DNA from: Malacoraja senta
Lineage: Eukaryota
NCBI GenBank assembly: GCA_038087875.1
Contig: JAXLNO010000086.1
Location: 1-63,854, forward strand
Reading direction: 5' to 3'
Length of the DNA: 63,854 nt
The position numbers and the translations under genes were made by a program. The notes below the pieces were generated by a model that worked only from the letters and a program-made list of their open reading frames with translations, was not told the DNA's origin and searched no databases. Each line of letters begins with the position of its first letter. Within the stretch, counting starts at the first letter, position 1. Shown here piece after piece: positions 37,737 through 48,258 of the stretch.

Positions 37737-38310
37737 GCGCGGCGACCAGAAGCTCCGGTAAGGTTTTTAAAAACAATACCGATTTCTGGACCCGTTTTAC
37801 ACGATAAATCATGATTTTTTTCGGGAGAGGAGCTAGGTGCACGTCGGTTAGTCCAACATGGCGCCACCGGAAGTCTCGTAAACCTCTCTAAAACCCTCTA
37901 AACCCCTCCAAACCTCTCTAAACGCCTGCAAACACCTGCAAACCCCTTTAAGCTCTGTAAACCTATCTAAAACCCTCTAAACCCCTCTAAACCCCTGTAA
38001 ATCCCTCTAAACCCCTGTAAACCCTCTAAACACCTGTAAACCCATCTAACCTCTAATCCCCTGCAAATCCCTGTAAACCCCTCTCAGCCCCAATAAACGC
38101 CTGTATCCCCCTGTAAACCCCTCTAGACCCATGTAAACCCCCTATGAAGCCCTCTAAACCATCTAACCCCCCTGTAAACCACATGTAAATCTCTCTAAAC
38201 CGCTGTAAACCTCTCAATACCCCTATAAACGCCCGTAAAGCCATCTAAACCCCTCTAAACCCATGTAACCCTCTGTAAACCATATGTAAACACCTCTAAA
38301 CACCTCTAAA

Positions 38311-41300
38311 ACCCTCTATACCCATGTAAACACCCTGTAAGAACCTCTAACCCCCTAAACACTCCCCTAAACCTCTGTAAATGCCTGTAAACACCTGTAC
38401 ACACCTCTAATCCCCTCTAAACATCTAAAATGCCCTCTAAACACTACTAACCACATCTGAACTCTAGTAAACCCCATGCAAACCACTCTAAACCACTAAA
38501 GCACACCAATCCCATGCAAAGCTATCTAAAATACTCTAAACCCCGCTAAACCCCATGTAAACAACTCGAATCCTCTTTAAACACACGTAACCGCCCTGTA
38601 ACCCCCTGTAAAACCCTCTAAATCCATCTAAACACCTGTAAACGATTGTAAACTCCCCTAAACCCCTGTCAACCCGTCTAAACCCCCCATGTAAACCCCC
38701 GTAACACCCTTTAAACCCCTCTAAACCCATGTAAACGTGTCGAAAACCCTCTAAACCCCTCTAAACCCCTCTGAACGTCTATCCACCTGTAAACACCTGT
38801 ACACCCCTATAAACCCATCTCAACCCCGCTAAACCCATCTAAACCCTCTATACCGCTCGAAACCCCTGTAAATCCTTCTAAACACACGTGAACCCCTGTA
38901 ACCCCGCTAAATCCCGCTAAACCCATGTAAATCCATGTAAACCCATGTAAACCTCCCTAAACATCTCTAAACCTCTGTAAACAACTCAAAATGCCACTAA
39001 ACCCATCGAAACACCTGTAAATCCCATGTAAACGCAACTAAACAGCTCTAAACACCTCTAACCACCTGTTAACACCTCTAAACACCTGTAAACCACTCTA
39101 AATTTCTCTAAACGCTGTTAACCACTTTAAACTCTACTAATGCCCTGTAAACCCATCTAAACCCCTCTAAACACTTCTAACTCCATCTAAACCCCTGTAA
39201 ATCCACGTATACCACCTTTACACACCTCTAAACACCTCTGAAGCCATGGCACCCCACTTAAACGCATCTAAACCCCTCATAACCCATCGAAACGCCTGTA
39301 AACCCATATACACCCTTGTAAACCCCTCTAAACCTCGGTAAAGCCATCGAAACCCCCCTACACCACTCCAGACTTCTGTAAACCCCTCTAGACACTTCTA
39401 AACACCTCCAAGAACTTGTAAACCACTGTAAACATCTCTAAACCTCTTTAAATCCTTCTAAGCACATGTGAACTAATGTAAACCGCTCTAAACCCCTCTA
39501 AATCCCTGTACACCCCTGTAAACCGATGTAAACCTTTCTAAACGTCTCTAAACCCCTGTAAACCCCATTTAAACGCATCTATACCCCTCTTAACCCATCG
39601 AAACACCTGTAAACCCATCTAAACTCCTGTAAACCCCTCCAACCCCCTGTAAACCCTCCAACCTCCTGTAAACCCATATAAACACCTCTAAACCCCGCAA
39701 ACCCCTCTAAACCACTCTAAACCCCCCTCTAAACCACTCTAAACCACTCTGTTGCCCCGTGAACCCCATTTAAACCCCCTCTAAACAGCCGAGAACAGAT
39801 CTAAACACATCTAAACCCCAATGCAAACTCCTCCAAACCCGCCCAATCCCCTCTAAACCCCCTACGCATGCCTCTAAATTCTTCTAAATCCCTCTATACC
39901 CATGTAAACACCCTGTAAGCACCTCTAAATCCCCGAAAACTCCCCTAAAGCTCTGTAAACGCCCGTAAACCCCTGTACACCCATCTAATCCCCTCTAAAC
40001 ATCTAAAATGCCCTCTAAACACTACTAGCCCCATCTGAATTCCTGTAAACCCCATGTAAACCACTCTAAACCACTAAAACCCTCCAAACCCATATAAATC
40101 TATCTACAACACTCTAAACCCCGCTAAACCCCAATGTAAACAAGTCGAATCCTCTCTAAACACATATAAACCCCCTGTAAACCCCTGAAAAACACTCTAA
40201 ACTATCTAAACACCTGTACACGATTGTAAACTCCTCTAAACCCCTATAAACCCGTCTAAACACCCCATGTAACCCCGGTAACACTCTTTAAAGCCCTCTA
40301 AACCCATCTAAACCCGTCTGAACCTCTATGCACCTGTAAACACCTGTACACCCCTATAAACCCATCTAAACCCCGCTAAACCCATCTAAAACCCTGGTTA
40401 CCGCTCGAAACCCCTGTAAACCCTTCTAAACATGTGAACTACTGTAAACCCCGCTAAACTCGTCTAAACCCCTGTAAACCCATGTAACCCTCTCTAAGCA
40501 TCTCTAAACCCCTGTAAACAACTCCAAATCCCTCTAAACCCATCGAAACACCTGTAAATCCCATGTAAACGCATCTAAACCGCTCTAAACACGTCTAACC
40601 ACCTGTTAACACCTCTAAACCCCCTGTAAACCACTAAATCTCTCTAAACGCTCTTAACCACTTTAAACCTCTCTAAAGCCCTGTAAACCCATCTAAACCC
40701 CTCTAAACTATTCTAAATCCCTCTAAACCCCTGTAAACCTACCTAAACCCCCTTTACACCCCTCTAAACCGCTCTGAAGCCATGTGAACCCCATTTAAAC
40801 GTATCTAAACCCCTCATAACCCATCGAAACACCTGTAAACCCATCTAAACCTCGGCAAACCCCTCGAACCCCCCTGTAAACCCCTCTAATCCATATAAAC
40901 CCATATAAACACCGCTAAACCCCGTAAACCCCTCTAAACCACTCTAAACCCATCTCAAGCACTGTAAACACCTCTATACCCCGCAAAACACATCTAAAAC
41001 CATCCAAACCACTGTAAATCCCCTCCGAACACCTCCAAACCTCTGTAACCCATCTAAACCCATGTAAACACCGCTAAAACCCTCAAATGGCTTTTGAGCT
41101 CCTGTAATCAGTATATTGATTCATGTGTGTATATATTTATAGAATGGTATATGGACACACTGATCTGTTTTGTAGTCAATGCCTACTATGTTCTATTGAG
41201 CTGAAGCAAAGCAAGAATTTCATTGTCCTATCAGGGACACATGACAACAAAGTAACTTGAACTTGAACTTGAACTCGAAACCGCTCGAGAGCTCACTAAA

Positions 41301-43560
41301 CACCTGTAATCACTTGTCAACCACGGTAAACCCCTCTAAATTTCTCTAAACCACCCTAACTCATCTAAAACCCTCTAAACCCCTCTAAACCAATGTAAAC
41401 CCCTACAATCCTCTCTATACCTCTTTAAAGCCCTGTAAACATCTCTACCCTAAAAAACACTCTAAATCCCAGTAAACCCCTGTAAGCCTCTGTAAACCCC
41501 TCTAAACCCCTCAAAACCTCTCCAACCCCCTCTAAACCCTTCGAAACCCCAACACCCTCCAAACCCTTCTTAAACCCTCCAAACACCTCTACCCCCTCTA
41601 AACCCCTCTAAACCACTCCAGACCCCTCCAAACCGCTCTAAACCTCTCCAGACCCCTCGAAACCCCTCCAAACCCATCTAAACCCCCCTGTAAACCCCAT
41701 GTAAACCCCTGTAAACCCATCTAAACCCCCTCTAAACCCGTATGAACCCCCCTAAACCCCTTTAAACCCCCTGTAAACTCATCTAAAATATTATAAAGCC
41801 CTATAAAGCCCTCTAAACACATCTAAACCCTCTTTAAACCTTATGTAAACCCTCTAAACCCCGGTAAACACAATGTAAAGCCCCTTAAACCTCTCTAAAC
41901 CCCCCTAAACTCCTCCAAACCCCTCTAAACGTAATCCTCTCTAAACACCTGTAAACACATGTAAACCCCCTGGAAACCACTCTAAATCGCTCTAACCCAT
42001 CTAAACCCATCAAAAACCATCTAAACCCCTGTAATTCCCTCTAAATCACTCCAAACTCCTCTAAACCCCTGCAAATCCCTCTAAACCCCTGAAAATCCCC
42101 ATATCCCCCTCAAAACTCCCTCTAAACACATGTAAACCCCTGTAAACCCAATTAAACCCTCTCTAAACCCCTCTCAACCACTCTAAACCCGTCTGAAGCC
42201 CTGTAAACCCCTCAATACACATCTAAACACCTCTAAACCCCGGAAAACCACATCGAACCCCTGTAAACCCCTCCAGACCCCTCTAAATCCCTCTAAACTA
42301 TTCTAAACACCTCTAACCTGTAAACCACTGCAAACACCTCTAAACCCCTGTAAACACATGTAAACCTCTGTAATCCCCTGTAAACCTCTCAAAATCTCTC
42401 TAAACTACTGTAAACCAATCTAAACCCCCTCAGAACAACTGTAAACCCATGTAAACCCCTGTAAACCCCGCATACCCCTCCAAATCCCTCTAAACTATTC
42501 TAAACACTTCTAACCCCTCTAAACCCCTCTATACCCAACTAAACCCACTGTAAACCCCCTAAACACCTGTAAACTCCTGGAGATCCCTATAAAACTCTCT
42601 AAAACCCTCTGATCCCCTGTACACCCTTCTAAACCTCTCTACACCTGTAAACACCTGTAAACCCCTTTAAACACCTCTAAACCCCGCTAAACCCTGTAAA
42701 TCCCACTAAACCCCTGTAAACAACTCTAAATCCCTCTAAAACCATCTAAACACATATAAACCCCCTGCCAACGCATCTAAACCTCGCTAAACACCTCTAT
42801 CCCCCTGTTAACGCCTCTAACCCCCTGTAAACCCCTGTAAACCCCTCCAAACCTCTCTAACCCACTCTAAACCCCTACAAACCCATACAAACCGCTCTAA
42901 ACCTATCCAGTCCCATGCAATCCCTCTCCAATCCCCTCGAAACCCCTCGAAATCCCATCCAAACCCCTCTAATCCTCTCTAAACCCCTATAAAGCGCTCT
43001 AAACCCATCTAAACACCCTGTAAACCACATGTGAACACGCCTAACGCCATGTAAACCTCTGTAAAACTCTCTAAACCGCTATAAATCCCTCTAAACCAGC
43101 TTAAAACCCTCTAAACCCATGTAAACCTCTGTAAACCTCTCTAAAACCCTCTAAACCCCTCCAACCCTCTCTAAACGCCTGCAAACACCCGCAAACCCCT
43201 TTAAGCTCTGTAAACCTATCTAAAACCCTCTAAACCCCTCTAAACCCCTGTAAATCCCTCTAAACCCCTGTAAACCCTCTAAACACCTGTAAACCCATCT
43301 ACCCTCTAATCCCTGCAAAACCATGTAAACCTCTCTAAGCCCCAGTAAACGCCTGTAAACACCCTGTAAACCCCTCTAGACCCATGTAAACCCCTATGAA
43401 GCCCTCTAAACCATCTAACCCCCCTGTAAACCACATGTAAATCTCTCTAAACCCCTGTAAACCTCTCAATACCCCTATAAACGCCTGTAAAGCCATCTAA
43501 ACCCCTCTAAACCCATGTAACCCTCTGTAAACCACATGTAAACACCTCTAAACACCTGTA
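38311..43560 (+). repeat. ~5.25-kb higher-order satellite unit, second tandem copy
   Basis: Colinear with 20390-21476 + 27792-31533 + 37890-38310, i.e. copy 1 with both L1s removed. Confidence 0.9.
41085..41275 (+). mobile_element. Rex1 3' UTR fragment, copy 2 (duplicated with the satellite unit)
   Basis: Near-identical to 29485-29673, including both flanks. Confidence 0.88.
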
Positions 43561-44566
43561 AACCCCTGTAAACCACTCTAAACACCTGTAAACCCCTGCT
43601 AAATCACTCTAAAACCCTCTAAATCCCTCTAAAACACTCTACACAAATAAAAGTTATTATTATTATAACACCCCTCTAAACCCATGTAATCCCCTCTAAA
43701 CCCATTTAAACTCCAAACCACTGTAAACCCCTGTAAACCCCTGTAAACTCCTGTAAACCGCTCGAAACAACTCTAAACCATCTAAAGCCCCGTAAACCAA
43801 TGTAAACCTCAAAATCCACCAAAATCCGTCTAAACCCTGTAAAACCATGTACATTCCTCTAAACACATCTATATCCCTGTAAACCCCGCCGGAACCCCTC
43901 CAGACCCTTCTAAACCCACTCTAAACCCCTCTAAACTCCTATAGTCCCCTCTAAACCACTCCAAACTCCTCCATACCCCTCTAAACCCTACTAAACCCCT
44001 CCAATCCTTTCCAAATACCTCTAAACCCCTCCAAACCCCATAAACCCCTGTAAACCGCTCTAAACCCTTCCAAACCCCCCCAAACCCCTCTTAACCACTC
44101 TAAACCCCTCCAAACACCTCCAAACACCTCCATACCCCTCTAAACCACTCTAAACCCATTTTAACACATCCAAACCCCTCCAACCCCCTCTAAATCCATC
44201 GAAACCCCCTATAAACCTCTCGAAACCCCAGGAAACACCTCGTAATACGTCTAACCCTCTCGAAACACTAAACCCCTCGTAACCTCGCGAAACCCCTTTA
44301 AACCCCTCTAAACACCTCTAAACCACGAATAACCCTTCTAAACCGCTGTAAACCACTGACAACCCCTCTAAACACCTCTAAACCCACCTAAACCGCTGCA
44401 ACGGCCCCTAACCCCACCTAAATCCCTCTAAACCCCTCTAAACCCTCCGAAAACCCTCTAAAACACCTCTAAACACATCGAAACCCCTCTAAACCCCTCT
44501 AATTCCCTCTCAACCCATCTAAACCCCTATAATCCCCTCAAATGTCCAGACGTAAGAACAGCTTCG

Positions 44567-44668
44567 CACAGGAAGGAGCTGCAGATGCTGCTTTAAACCG
44601 AAGATAGACAAAAAAGCTGGAGTAACCCAACGTGACAGACAGCATCTGTGGAGAAAAGGGTCTCGAAA
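44567..44668. repeat. Fragment of a common chondrichthyan Penelope-associated repeat (mirror copy ~48127-48228; related pieces 44968-45000, 51797-51870)
   Basis: GAAGGAGCTGCAGATGCTG...AAAAGCTGGAGTAAC...CAGCATCT..GGAG. The family name is from recall. Confidence 0.5.
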
Positions 44669-44677
44669 AGGAACTGT

Positions 44678-44928
44678 GCGAGTCCGCACTGACCAGCGAT
44701 CCCCACACATTATCGATGTCCGGCACACACTGGGGACAACTTACATTTAAACCTGTATATCTACAAGCCTGTGCGTCCTTGGTGTTTGGGAGGAAACTGA
44801 AGATGTCGGTGAAACTCCACGCGGTCAGGGGGAGACGTACAAACTCCGTACAGACGGCACCCTTCGTCGGGATTGAACCCGCGTCTCTGGCGCTGTAAGG
44901 CAGCAACTCTAGCGCTGTGCCACCGTGC
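44678..44928 (-). mobile_element. V-SINE (HE1-like), left arm
   Basis: tRNA-like head (GGTGGCACAGCG...GGTTCAATCCC) followed by V-domain TGTACGGAGTTTGTACGTCTCCCC...TTTCCTCCCAAACACCAA. Confidence 0.85.
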
Positions 44929-45001
44929 TGAATAGCTTGAGCTCAGAAACGCAGGTATAACATATACCTGAAGTAACAGCGGGGCAGGCAGCATCTCTAG
45001 G

Positions 45002-45114
45002 GAAGATCCACGCGGTCACGGGGAGAACGTACAAACCGTCAGACGGCGGCCGTGGTCGGAATCGTACCCGGGTCTCTGAACCTGTGAGGCAGCAACTCTA
45101 TCGCTGCGCCACTG
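45002..45114 (-). mobile_element. V-SINE 5' fragment, left arm
   Basis: CAGTGGCGCAGCGATAGAGTTGCTGCCTCACAG...TTTGTACGTTCTCCCCGTGACCGCGTGG on the minus strand. Confidence 0.8.
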
Positions 45115-45117
45115 TTT

Positions 45118-45257
45118 ACTGGTGCCCTCCCATAATTTCCCATTCACTGGTGCCATCCCCTAAATCCCCATTTAATGGTGCCCTCCCCTAATGCACCATT
45201 TAATGTTGCGCTCCCCTAATTCTCCATTTATTAGTGCCCTCCCCTAATTCCCCATTC
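45118..45257 (+). repeat. 28-bp minisatellite x5 (ACTGGTGCCCTCCCCTAATTCCCCATTY); mirror at 47007-47146
   Basis: Five exact-period units in each arm, most containing CCCCTAA. Confidence 0.9.
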
Positions 45258-45261
45258 ACTG

Positions 45262-45570
45262 AGGCTAGCTCTTTTCGCACCAGGCTCGCAGCTTGTGCGC
45301 CCGGCTCGTAGTGTGCGGACGAGGTTCGCGGCGTTAGTACCAGGCTCGCACTTTTCGCACCAGCTTGCACTTTTCGGACTTGGCTGGCAATTTTCGCAGA
45401 CTGCTCGTACTTTTCGCACCAGTCTCGCAATCTTCGCACAAGGCTCGCAGTTTTCGCACCAGGCTCCCACTTTTCGCAGCAGGCTCCCACATTTCGCAGC
45501 AGGCTCGCACATTTCGCACCAGGATCGCACTTTTTGCGCCAGTTTCACAGTTTTCGCACCAGGATCGCAC
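45262..45570 (+). repeat. 20-bp minisatellite (AGGCTCGCACTTTTCGCACC)n, left arm
   Basis: Clear 20-bp period at 45441, 45461, 45481, 45501 and 45521. Confidence 0.9.
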
Positions 45571-46056
45571 TGTTTACCAAGGGTTGTGTTTACCAGGCGT
45601 AGTGTTTACCAGGGGAAGTGTTTGCCAAGGGACATGTTTAACAAAGGTCGTGTTCCCAAAGAGTCGTGTTTCTCAAAGTTCGTGTCTGACAATGTTCATG
45701 TTTACCAAGCGTTGTGTTTGTTAAAGGTCGTGTTTGCTAAAGGTCGTGTTTACCAAGGGTCGTGTTTGCCAAGGCTCATGTTTACCACGCGTTGTGCCTA
45801 CAAAGACTGTCTACCAAGGGTGGTGTGTACCAAGGGCTGTGTCTACCCAAGGTTGTGTCGACGAATGTCCCTGTCTCCCAAGGGTTGTGTCTACCAAGTG
45901 TTGTGTCTACCAAGGGGTTTGCTTACCAAGAGATATGTTTACCCAGGGTTGTGTCAAACGAAGGTTAAGTCTACCAAGCTTTCTTTCGACCAAGTTTAGT
46001 TCATACCAAGGGTTGTGTCTACTAAGGGTTGTGACGACAAAAGGTTGTGTCTATCT
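45571..46056 (+). repeat. 16-bp degenerate minisatellite (TGTYTACCAAGGGTYG)n forming the palindrome spacer
   Basis: tgtttaccaagggttg|tgtttaccaggcgtag|tgtttaccaggggaag|...; about 30 units in a single orientation. Confidence 0.9.
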
Positions 46057-47001
46057 CGCGAGTCTGGTGCTAAAACTGCGAGCCTGCTGCGAATAGTGGG
46101 AGCCTCGTGCGAAAAATGCGAGCCTGGTGCCAAAAGTGCGAGCCTGCTGCGAAATGTGGGAGCATGCTGCGAAAACTGCAATCCTGGTACGAAAACTGGG
46201 AGCCTGGCGCAAAAACTGCGAGCGTGGTGCGAAAAGTGCGATCCCGCTGCGAAAAGAGCGAGTCTAATACGATAAGTGTGATCCTGGTGCGAAAGGTGCG
46301 AGCCTGGCGTAAAAACTATGAGATTGGTGCGAAAAGTGCAGGTCTGGTGCGAAAAGAGCGATTGTGGTGCGAAAAGTGCGAACCGGCTGCCAAAAAATGC
46401 GAGCCTGGTGCTAAAACTGCCAGCCTGGTGCGAAAACTGAGATCCTGGTGCGAAAGTTGTAATCCTGGCGGAGAACTGCGAGCCTGGTGCGATAGATGCG
46501 AGCCTGGTGAGAAAGCTTCGCGCCTGGTGCTAAAAGTGCGAGCTTGGTGCGAAAGGTGCGAGCCTGGTGCGAAAGATGCGAGCCTGGTGCGAAAGGTGCG
46601 AGTCTGGTTCGAAAAGTGCGAGCCGCCAGCGAAAAATGCTAGCCTGGTTCAAAAAGTACGAGCCGTTTTCGAAAAAAAGCGAGCCTGGTGCGAACAGTGC
46701 AATCCGAGTGCGAAAACTGAGAGCCTGGTGCGAAATCTGCGAGCCGTGCGAATAATGCGAGCCTGGTGAGAAAAGTAGGAGCCTGGTAGCGAAAACGGCG
46801 AGCCTTGAGCGAAATTAGCGAGCCGGGTGCGAAAACTGCGAGCCTGGTGCAAAAAGTATGAGCCATCTGCGAAAAATGCCGGCCTGGTCTGAAAAGTGCG
46901 ACCTGGTGCGAAAAGTGCCAGCCTGCTGCAAAAGCTGCGAACCTCGTCCGCAAACTAAGAGCCGGGCGCACGCTACGAGCCTGGTGCGAAAAGAGCGAGC
47001 C
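46057..47001 (-). repeat. 20-bp minisatellite, right arm (GGTGCGAAAAGTGCGAGCCT)n
   Basis: Reverse complement of 45262-45570, about three times longer. Confidence 0.9.
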
Positions 47002-47149
47002 TCAGTAAATGGGGAATTAGGGGAGGGCACTACTAAATGGAGAATTAGGGGAGCGCAACATTAAATGGTGCATTAGGGGAGGGCACCAGTCAATGGGGAT
47101 TTAGGGAATGGCACCAATAAATGGGAAATTATGGGAGGGCGCCAGTAAA

Positions 47150-47262
47150 CAGTAGCGCAGCGGAAGAGTTGCTGCCTCACAGGTTCAGACCCGTTTCGAT
47201 TCCGACCACGGCCGCCGTCTGTACGATTTGTACGTTCTCCCCGTAATCGCGTGGATTTTCTC
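47150..47262 (+). mobile_element. V-SINE 5' fragment, right arm
   Basis: Mirror of 45002-45114. Confidence 0.8.
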
Positions 47263-47312
47263 CAGAGATGCTGCCTGCCCCACTATTACTCCAGATTTTT
47301 GTGACTACATAT

Positions 47313-47829
47313 AATAATAATAATAATAATTCATTTTATTTGCTCGCGACTTTCTATCACCCAAGGACACCTTACACGACATAAAATCACAAAAATACAA
47401 AACACATAGTCGGATTAAATTTAATATAAAAACTGCACAATACACAAATCAACGACAGAATTCAATTACAAAAGCACAAAAAGAAAATCAGAAACACAAT
47501 TTGAGGAGAGAGCAGCAGCAGCCAAACCGCGCCAGCGTTCACTCTCCCCTCCGACCGCCATCTTGAACAAGGACCAACAAACACAGTACACAAAAATCAT
47601 CCCCCCACAATGACCACCACTGCGGGGGAAGACACAATGTCTAGTCCCCAACCCCAGTTCACCCAAAGTCAGGCCCAATGAGGCCTCCGCTATTGCCTCT
47701 ACGGAGGCCCGATGTTCCTGGCCGTTTCACCGGGTGATGCTGGCCCGGCGTCGGGAGAGTCCTCTAGCGGCTGGGCCACCTGGAACGGCCGCATTCTCTA
47801 CCGGAGTCCGCAGCTTCCGAAGCCGATAT
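47313..47829 (-). mobile_element. Non-coding GC-rich retroelement with L2-type tail, right arm only
   Basis: TSD CATAT at 47308-47312 and 47830-47834. Minus strand ends GTGTAAGGTGTCCTTGGG...AAATAAAATGA(ATT)n. Absent from the left arm at ~44960. Confidence 0.78.
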
Positions 47830-47867
47830 CATATGTTATATCTGCGTTTCTAAGCTCAAGCTATCCA

Positions 47868-48115
47868 TCACGGTAGCACAGCGGTAGTTGCTGCCTTACA
47901 GCGCCAGAGACGCCGGTTCAATGCCGACCAAGGGTGCTGTCTGTACGGAGTTTGTACGTTCTCCCACTGACCGCGTGGATTTCCCCGACATCTTCGGTTT
48001 CCTCCCAAACTCCAAATACGCGCAGGCTTGTAGGTATACAGGTTTAAATGTACATTGTCCCCAGTATGTGTAGGACATCGATAATGTGTGGGGATCGCTG
48101 GTCAGTGCGGATTCG
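47868..48115 (+). mobile_element. V-SINE (HE1-like), right arm
   Basis: Mirror of 44678-44928; tRNA-like head plus V-domain. Confidence 0.85.
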
Positions 48116-48258
48116 CACAGTTCCTTTTCGAGACCCTTCTCTCCACAGATGCTGTCTGTCACACTGGGTTACTCCAGCTTTTTGTGTATATCTTCGGTTG
48201 AAAGCAGAATCTGCGGCTCCTTTCTGTGCGAAGCTGTTCTTACGTCTGGGCATTTGAG

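Larger units (their letters stand above)
31534..37877 (-). mobile_element. Full-length, nearly intact L1-clade LINE (L1-B)
   Basis: 12-bp TSD GTAAACCTCTCT at 31522-31533 and 37878-37889; the empty site is at ~43130. 5' GACTTCCGGTGGCGCCATG, ORF1, ~835-bp spacer, ORF2, A-rich tail. Confidence 0.96.
15659..44536 (-). repeat. 10-bp satellite in inverted orientation (TCTAAACCCC / TGTAAACCCC)n, interrupted by three L1s and two Rex1 3' ends
   Basis: Reverse complement of the 1-10790 decamer. Satellite segments are 15659-15765, 19091-21476, 27792-31533 and 37878-44536. Confidence 0.95.
44537..48258. repeat. Large diverged inverted repeat: arms 44537-45570 and 46057-48258, spacer 45571-46056
   Basis: CTCAAATGTCCAGACGTAAG... 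mirrors ...CTTACGTCTGGGCATTTGAG. The ORF track shows mirror pairs such as 44632..44898(+) and 47896..48162(-). Confidence 0.93.

Noticed and set aside
44640..44680. Penelope-type minimal hammerhead ribozyme
   Set aside because: Only AAGGGTCTCGA remains; the CTGANGA and GAAAC core is not intact here or in the mirror copy.
45200..47064. Cys/Lys-rich ORFs resembling zinc-finger or keratin-associated proteins
   Set aside because: Translations of the 20-bp and 16-bp minisatellites, mirrored on both strands.
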